DNA from: Rebecca billardiae RCC1528
Lineage: Eukaryota; Protista; Haptophyta
Length of the DNA stretch: 64,000 bases
Reading direction: 5' to 3'
NCBI GenBank assembly: GCA_965240325.2
Contig: OZ251236.1
Span: forward strand, 1,426,001-1,490,000
Shown here: positions 57,326-64,000 of the stretch, piece by piece
How the letters are laid out: each line of letters begins with the position of its first letter
Numbering within the stretch: position 1 is the first letter of the stretch
Program-made: the position numbers and the translations under genes
The notes under the pieces: generated by a model
The model's database searches: none
What the model saw: the letters and a program-made list of their open reading frames with translations, nothing else
What the model was told of the DNA's origin: nothing

Positions 57326-57885
57326 GCGGCGCGCGCCCGCGTCCGTGGGCAGCCTCGCGCGCGGGCACGCGGCGTTCGCGCGCGCCGCGCGCGGTGGAGG
57401 CGCAGCAACGGGCGGCACCAGCGGCTCACTCGTCATGCGCAGGGTCGTCGCGCCATTGCGATTTGCGCTCGTCAGCCATATCGCCGTCGCGACCAGCTGC
57501 TGATGCTCGCGCGCGTGACGATGTCGCAGCCTGTCGGGCCGTAGCTAGCCAGAATGATCCGGCCACCCGGTCACTGGTGCTGCTGACGATGACGGACTGC
57601 AAGCAACTGAACTTCAGTGTGAGCGGCTCGGCTGCTGCCGTGACGACGACGCGATCTTGCTGTCGTCGTCAGCGCAGCAGGCGCCAGCCGTCGTGACGCC
57701 GCCGCAGGCGCAGCGGCGCAGCCTGCCGCTGACCGCGCCGGCCGCCCGGCGCCCGGCGGCTCTCGAGTCTCGAGTCTCGTCTAGAATATTTATTACGACA
57801 TGATGCAGCATCATCATCAGCGCGCATATATCATCGTCATCAATCATCATGATCATCATCATATTCTGACTCACTCTGACGCCTA

Positions 57886-59812
57886 CCAGGTCGTTCCCCC
57901 TGCACTGGGAATCCGCGGTTTCGCACTATTCAGAGCACGAGGCCGCGGCATAGCAACGCAGATTTATTCTTCCGCTTGCTCTATCAGACCACTTGAACGA
58001 TCTAATCGAGGTTTCCAATTGAAAATGACGAAAGTACATCCATCCATTAGAGAACCCAAATCCCGAGCGCGGCAAAGCCGTGGAACGCAGTAATCAGCCT
58101 CGTCAGCGATAGTCCGCTCACGAAATCGAGGCGCTGGAAATGAGTTCTTCGCGTGCAACCGCGGAGGCGGGAGCCCTCCCGCGGGTGCGGAGCACCGATT
58201 CTGACCCGCCCCCTGCGCCTGCGGCCGGGCGGCGAGTGCGATGCAGCTGGCCCGGCGCTGGGGGGCGCGGATGTGCTTGCGGAGCCGGCGTGCGTGGACG
58301 GGCTGTTGCGGGAGAGTATCTGCCGCCCTCCTGCGCCGCGCGACTTGCGCCACGCCTCTTTCGCCTCGGCTCAGGGCAGCGCGCACGCGCGCGCCGCCTC
58401 CGGGGCCAGCCTTCGGCCTGCGCCGCAGCCGACCGCGCGCGCGCCGTGCGCGGCGTGGTCGGGAAGGAACGGGCGCGGCTGCCGGGCGAGATGGCGATAT
58501 CATGTGCGCACGCCATGCCGCCCCGCCACGCCTTGCCGAGCGTGTCGCTGGTCCATTTGCACGCCTCTTCGAGTTGTCACAAATGGTGTGCACGCGGCCT
58601 CGCGGTTGTGACCGCTGGGGGCCGCGCCCGGGCCAGGGCGCTGCGGGCGCGGATGTGCTTGCGGAGCCGGCGTGCGTGGACGGGCTGTTGTGGGAGAGTA
58701 TCTGCCGCCCTCCTGCACCGCGCGACTTGCGCCACGCCTCTTTCGCCTCGGCTCAGGGCAGCGCGCACGCGGCGCGTCGCCTCAAGGCCAGCCTTGCCTG
58801 CGCCGCAGCCGACCGCGTGCGCGCCGTGCGCGGCGTGGTCGGGAAGGAACGGGCACGGCTGCCGGGCGAGATGGCGATATCATGTGCGCACGCCATGCCG
58901 CCCCGCCACGCCTTGCCGAGCGTGTCGCTGGTCCGTTTGCACGCCTCTTCGAGTTGTCACACTATGAATGGTGTGCCACGGCCTCGCGGTCGTGACCCTT
59001 GCCGGGACGATCATTGAGACACAGAACAGTGCCAAGCGGGCACGCGGGATACTCTTACATGAATGTTCATCACCACGTGGTCGTGTAGAAGTGCTGGGTG
59101 CGACGCTTTCCTCGCGCGGATGCACTTTCATCATCTTCTTCGAGCTCCGAGGTCTGGCTTCAGGCACGACAAGAAATCAGCACTCGTCAACAGCTGTGCG
59201 GATCCGTTATCGTGCCCTTTCGCGGCGCCGCGGGGCGGCATGGCGTGCGCACATGATGTCGTCATCTCGCCCGGCAGCACCCCCCGTTCCTTCCCGACCA
59301 CGCCGCGCACGGCGCGCGCGCGGTTGCGGCTGCGGCGCGGGCACGGTGCGGCCCTGGCCTCCGAGGCGGCGCGCGCGTGCGCGCTGCCCTGAGCCGCGGC
59401 GAAAAGAGGCGTGGCGCGAGACGCGCGGCGCAGGAGGGCGCCATATACTCTCCCGCAACAGCCTGTCCACGCAAGCCGGCTCCGCGAGCACATCCGCGCC
59501 CGCAGCGCCGTGCCCCGGGCGCGCCGGCCGCCAACGGCGCTCGGCCGCCTTCGCCTGCCCGCCCTGCCGCCGAGGGCAAAGGTCAAGATTTGGTCGGCCC
59601 TCGCCTGCCGAGCCGCCACCGGCCGGGGGCTCCCTGCACCATCTATCTCATTGCGGCTCAATTTTGGGATTGCGAGACCAGCTCATCGATTGACGCACAT
59701 CCGCACCCGCGAGACCTGAAAATCTTATTCGCGGGTAGCGACGGGTGCGTCCTGCGGCTGTTTTTCTCGTATGTCCAAACCGCGGATTCCCAGTGCAGGG
59801 GGAACGACCTGG
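57886..59812. mobile_element. Non-autonomous TIR element with TA TSD (Tc1/mariner-like), with internal direct and inverted ~0.3-kb repeats
   Basis: 36-bp perfect TIR CCAGGTCGTTCCCCCTGCACTGGGAATCCGCGGTTT (57886-57921 / 59777-59812), with TA on both flanks. Confidence 0.87.
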
Positions 59813-60117
59813 TAATCAGCATGATCGATATTCAGGATGATAGATGACGAGCGCATCGTCATCGAATCACGACTGACGCCGAACGGGCGGCAGACTCTCG
59901 AGACGACTACTGAGTCGACGAGTCGACGACGACGTGACGTGTCACGTGACGACGTCGACATCCGGCCTGTCAATCAAGCGCAGTGTCATCCGCCAGCCGC
60001 CAGCCGCCCGGGAGGACCAGAAGAGCGGCATATGCTCCCGGCCGAGAGCCGCCACCGAGTCGGCGCGCATCACGCATACGCCCGCGCCCGGCGCGCCGGG
60101 CCTTCCCCCGGTTGCGC

Positions 60118-60984
60118 TCACATGCCAACCGCGCCCCTTTGGAGGAGGTCTGTGGCGATGACCAGGTCCTCAGGCGTGGTGAGCTTGAGGTTGGTGTACT
60201 CGCCCGCGCTGATCTTGACGGGCTCGCCCAGCGCCTCGACGATCGAGGCGTCGTCGGTCACCTCGAGGCCCTCGGCGCGCACCTTGGCAAAGCCGCGGCG
60301 CAGCGTGTCCACGCGCACCACCTGCGGCGTCTGCACCTCCCACAGCAGCGAGCGCTGCAGCGTGCGCGCCACGAACGCGCCGTCCTTGTCGCCCTCCTTG
60401 ATGGTCGCCTTGCACGGCACCGCCGGGATCGACGCGCCGTGCTCGGCCGCGTCGGCGATGCAGCGCATCACGCACGCCTCCGTGACGAGCGGGCGAGCCG
60501 AGTCGTGCACTGCCACGAGCTCCACGCCCTCCGGTACGAGCGCCAGCCCGTTCGCCACCGAGTCCTGCCGCTCGGCGCCGGGCGCGGCAAAGACGAGCCG
60601 CTCACCGTGCTGCGCGCGCAGCTCGGCCACCAGCTCGTGGTACTGCGCGTCGAGGACGAGGACGACCTTGACGACGCACTCGAGCGAGAGAAACAGCTCG
60701 AGCGAGTGCATCATCACCGGCTTGCCGCACAGGTCGAGCAGCTGCTTGGGCATCGACGCCTTCATGCGCGAGCCGACGCCGCCCGCAAGCACAATGGCCG
60801 CCACGTCGCCCGCGCCCGCCGCCATCATCGGCCCCGCCGCCGACGCGCCGCGGGCGCGCCGAGTCAGCGGAGAGACGCGCGCCACGCCGCGTCGTGCCGG
60901 CGCGAGCGGCGCGGCGTGGCTGCCCGCCACGACCGCCGCGCTCGCGGCGAGAAGCGTGACGACGAGCCGGTAATGAGCCGCCAT
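60118..60984 (-). CDS. ispD: 2-C-methyl-D-erythritol 4-phosphate cytidylyltransferase (MEP pathway), plastid-targeted
   Basis: LAGGVGSRM..PKQLL, GAERQDSVANGL, VAVHDSARPLV, LWEVQTPQ, VTDDASIVE and NLKLTTPEDL. Confidence 0.96.
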   Translation of the reverse strand: MAAHYRLVVTLLAASAAVVAGSHAAPLAPARRGVARVSPLTRRARGASAAGPMMAAGAGDVAAIVLAGGVGSRMKASMPKQLLDLCGKPVMMHSLELFLSLECVVKVVLVLDAQYHELVAELRAQHGERLVFAAPGAERQDSVANGLALVPEGVELVAVHDSARPLVTEACVMRCIADAAEHGASIPAVPCKATIKEGDKDGAFVARTLQRSLLWEVQTPQVVRVDTLRRGFAKVRAEGLEVTDDASIVEALGEPVKISAGEYTNLKLTTPEDLVIATDLLQRGAVGM

Positions 60985-61136
60985 GCTGCGCGGTTTTCGG
61001 CCCGTCCGGTGCCGGTGTGGTGCTTGCTCAGCGCGTGGCCGGACCAAAGCCCCAGCCGGTCGGAAGTTTCCGGAAGGCGGCGTCCGAAAAACGACCGACC
61101 AGCAGGACGCACAAGACCCTTCCGCCAGCGGACGCG

Positions 61137-61829
61137 ATGCCGTACGACTACTCGTCCAAGTGCGTGCTCGTGGGGGACTCCGCCACGGGCAAATCGTCGC
61201 TACTCCTGGCTTTCACCGACCCGGGCCACTTCAACGCCGCGCACGAGGCGACGATCGGCGTGGAGTTCGCCGCCAAGGTCGTGCCCCTCGGGCCGCACAC
61301 GCTCAAACTGCAGGTGTGGGACACGGCTGGGCAGGAGGCGTTCCGCGCGATCGTGCGCACGTACTACCGCGGGACCGCCGCCGCGCTGCTGGTCTTCGAC
61401 GTCACTCGCCGACACACATTCGACTCGCTCCCCTCGTGGCTGAGCGAGATCCGCGCGCACGCCGACTGCCCCGAGCTCAGCCTGGTGCTGGTGGGCAACA
61501 AGGCGGACCTGTCCGGGCAGCAGCGCGAGGTCTCCTCAGAGGAGGCGCGACTCTTCGCGCAGGCGCATGGCCTCGAGTACGTCGAGACAAGCGCGCGCAC
61601 GGGGGATGGCGTGGATGCCGCCTTCCGCACGGTGGCCGGCGCCGTGCTGCGCAAGACGCTCGACGGCACGCTCGACCCGACCGCGACACGCACGCAAGGG
61701 GTGAGGCTGGGCCACACGGCGGCGGCGCGCGCGCACGCTGAGGGCCTGCGGGTGCGCAATGCGGCCGGTCGAACAGAACGCTCCACGGAGGCGACAGGCA
61801 GTGGGGGCAACTGCTGCCGCGTTTCGTGA
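61137..61829 (+). CDS. Rab GTPase, Rab2/Rab14-like
   Basis: GDSATGKS, TIGVEF, WDTAGQE, YYRG, GNKADL and ETSA; CCRVS prenylation tail. Confidence 0.92.
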   Translation: MPYDYSSKCVLVGDSATGKSSLLLAFTDPGHFNAAHEATIGVEFAAKVVPLGPHTLKLQVWDTAGQEAFRAIVRTYYRGTAAALLVFDVTRRHTFDSLPSWLSEIRAHADCPELSLVLVGNKADLSGQQREVSSEEARLFAQAHGLEYVETSARTGDGVDAAFRTVAGAVLRKTLDGTLDPTATRTQGVRLGHTAAARAHAEGLRVRNAAGRTERSTEATGSGGNCCRVS

Positions 61830-62100
61830 TGACGAGACAGCGCGTTTGACAAATGATGGCGCCGTAGACTGTAGTAGTAAATTGAGTGATTGACCGGCAC
61901 TCTCAGCTGTAACCGGCCAGCGCTCACGTTCGGCCATCCACTTGGCACCACTCACTGTCACTGGTCCGTGGCGTCAGGACCAGCAGTCACTATAGTCAGC
62001 AGTATCATCTAGTCGCGTCGTCATCACTATACGTATATATATACATGTGGGGCGCTTCGAGGATGAGCTTAAGTATTGATACATTAACTTAATATATATA

Positions 62101-62611
62101 CAGGCAATCGCGGGCAATAAGGAGCTGTCACGTTAAGAAACTGGGGCTTGCTATCTGCGGATCTGGCCTAGAAACTGAGGCTAGCGATTGGCTGGTTCGC
62201 TATACGCATAGTCACACTAAGAAACAGGGACTACGTCGTCCCGGCTGACGAGTGGTCCGCCGAGGGGCGAGGCCGAGGCGCAGTCGGCCCGTCGGGGACG
62301 TGGCGCGCGGCCCGACTACGAGTACAGGCCAAGTCCCGACTTCTCCTGATGACTGACTCCTGGCCAGTGCACCGCAGCATCCATGCAACATCATGCCAGA
62401 TTTGCTCCAAAAAGGCCCAACATTTTCGTCGGCCTCGCCGGCCGGGCCTAAAGACTCAGCGGGGGGCTCTGCCCCCCTGCGCCCCCCGCGCCTGCGCGGC
62501 GGGCGGACCTAGCTAAGAAACTGAGACTCCGTAGGCGCTCGGGCTACCGAACGGCTAAGAAACCGAGGCTAGCCGTGAGATCTCTGACTTCTTATTGCCC
62601 GCGATTGCCTG
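62101..62611. mobile_element. Tc1/mariner(pogo)-like MITE (511 bp)
   Basis: 21-bp TIR CAGGCAATCGCGGGCAATAAG; TA on both flanks; five TAAGAAACTGAGGCT-like subterminal repeats. Confidence 0.87.
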
Positions 62612-62742
62612 TACTCAGAGTGTCAGCGTGAGTAGCGGTGACCGGCGGGCGCGAGTCGTACTTGCGCAGGACTCGCAGTCGCAGGGCTCTGGACTGTTGC
62701 TGATGCCGATGACGCATTAATTATCTGATGATAATAAATAAT

Positions 62743-62780
62743 AATATATTTTATAATATATATATATTATAAAATATATT
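62743..62780. repeat. Perfect 38-bp A/T-only palindrome
   Basis: AATATATTTTATAATATAT|ATATATTATAAAATATATT. Confidence 0.88.
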
Positions 62781-63017
62781 GACTGCGCGGAATACGACGA
62801 TGATCAGGGCGCCGGCAGGCCGATTCCTGATGATTTAAGCCATATATATCGATAACGCGCCGCGATTAGATGCGCGCTGTTGATATATGTCGCGCATATG
62901 TACCGAGCAGTTGTGCTGCCGCAGTGCGCTGTATCAATGACGAGCCGTTGCTGCGTATGTGCATCAGCGGAAAGTCGCGCTGCTGTTGTCGTTATACGAC
63001 GAACGCACGCTGCTGCG

Positions 63018-64000
63018 CTACATGGACGGGCGCGGCATGCGCTGGCGTGCGGGCCCGGCGCCGAGCAGCGGCGCAGTCGGGTCGATGCCGGATGACGACC
63101 TTCGCCCCGCACTCAGCCTGTGCGCCTGCGCCGCCTCCTGCCGCTGCGCCTCGAGCGCGCGCTCCTCTGCCGAGCGCAGCGCCTGGATGCGCTCGCGCAC
63201 AGACGGGTACGGGTGCGCCGGGTGCGCCACGCTCAGCGCGGCCGCGGGCAGCGGCTCGAAGCGGCGCTCGGTCGTGGGCGTCGTGCCGCGCGAGCCGGAG
63301 GGCGAGGGCGCGGCGGTGACGGGCTCGCCCCAGTCGGGCTCGGCCGTGCCCGCCGACTCGGCCGACTCGCGCTGCGAGCGTCGGCCGAGCACGCCCTTGC
63401 CCCGCGACAAGCGCAAGCCGCCCGGCGACGGCTCTGCGCTCGGCACGGCGCCCTCGGCGCCGTCGGTCTCGTCGCGCTCGCCCGGCGGCGGCGCGGCGTC
63501 CGCGAGGAGCGGCACGCTGAGCTCGCCCCCACCCGCGCGCCCCCTGCGCGTCGACGTGCGCACCGAGTCGGAGGCGCCGGCCTCGCTCGCGAGCACGTCG
63601 ATGGTGAAGCCGACGCGCGCGCCGCCCTTGCGCCGGGCGCCGCCCTGCCGGCCGCCGCTGCCGCCGCTGCGCAGCCCGCCGCGCGGCGGCCCTCTGGTCG
63701 AGCTCGTCACCTCCACCCCGCCGTCGCGGTGCGCCACCCTCGCGCGCGCGCGCACGCGCGCCACGATGAACGCCGCGAGCAAGAAGCAGCACAGCAACAC
63801 GAGCAGCGCGGACACAAACCGAGCGAGCGTGCGCCGCGAGCCCGGCGCCGAGCGCAGCGATGCGTCCGAGGCGCTCGCGCCAGCCTCGCCCGCGCCGCCG
63901 CCCGGGTCGGGCTCCGCTGCGCCGTCGGCGTCCGCGCCATCGGCGCCCGCGCCATCGGCGTCCGCGCCATCGGCGCCCGCGCCGTCGGAGCCCGCGCCGC
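63018..64000 (-). CDS. C-terminal part of an uncharacterised single-pass membrane protein (5' end beyond the window)
   Basis: Open frame from 63998 encodes GAGAD/GADAD 15-bp repeats, the TM segment FVSALLVLLCCFLLAAFIVA and a disordered tail. Confidence 0.6.
   Translation of the reverse strand, partial: GAGSDGAGADGADADGAGADGADADGAAEPDPGGGAGEAGASASDASLRSAPGSRRTLARFVSALLVLLCCFLLAAFIVARVRARARVAHRDGGVEVTSSTRGPPRGGLRSGGSGGRQGGARRKGGARVGFTIDVLASEAGASDSVRTSTRRGRAGGGELSVPLLADAAPPPGERDETDGAEGAVPSAEPSPGGLRLSRGKGVLGRRSQRESAESAGTAEPDWGEPVTAAPSPSGSRGTTPTTERRFEPLPAAALSVAHPAHPYPSVRERIQALRSAEERALEAQRQEAAQAHRLSAGRRSSSGIDPTAPLLGAGPARQRMPRPSM

Overview
GC-rich, gene-dense eukaryotic nuclear DNA. The short introns (GTGCGC/GTGAGC...GCGCAG), bipartite plastid leaders and a ciliary gene fit a flagellated alga with a complex plastid, most plausibly a pavlovophyte haptophyte such as Diacronema/Pavlova (inference). 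About 20 protein genes are supported: TPT, ITFG1/LINKIN, a GRAM+NPC1/Patched protein, a ~2800-aa Cys-repeat membrane protein, an FHA protein, an alpha/beta hydrolase, DVR, a GT25-like protein, a Zim17/Hep-type zinc finger, plastid RPL9, YqgF, UTP6, NF-YA, CEP19, a GRDP/DUF1399-like+SUMO-like fusion, IspD, a Rab2-like GTPase and three unknowns. The intergenic spaces hold at least eight apparently non-autonomous mobile elements. These are the right part of a palindromic CACTA element with a 26-copy hairpin array, a 3.7-kb TIR element with (TA)n ends inside a direct repeat, a Harbinger-like relic, an element with A1-B1-A2-B2 split direct repeats (Ngaro/PAT-like), a hAT MITE with an 8-bp TSD, and three TA-TSD elements. 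No rRNA, tRNA or CRISPR array was recognised. Exon boundaries were read by eye and all family calls come from motif recognition, not database searches.
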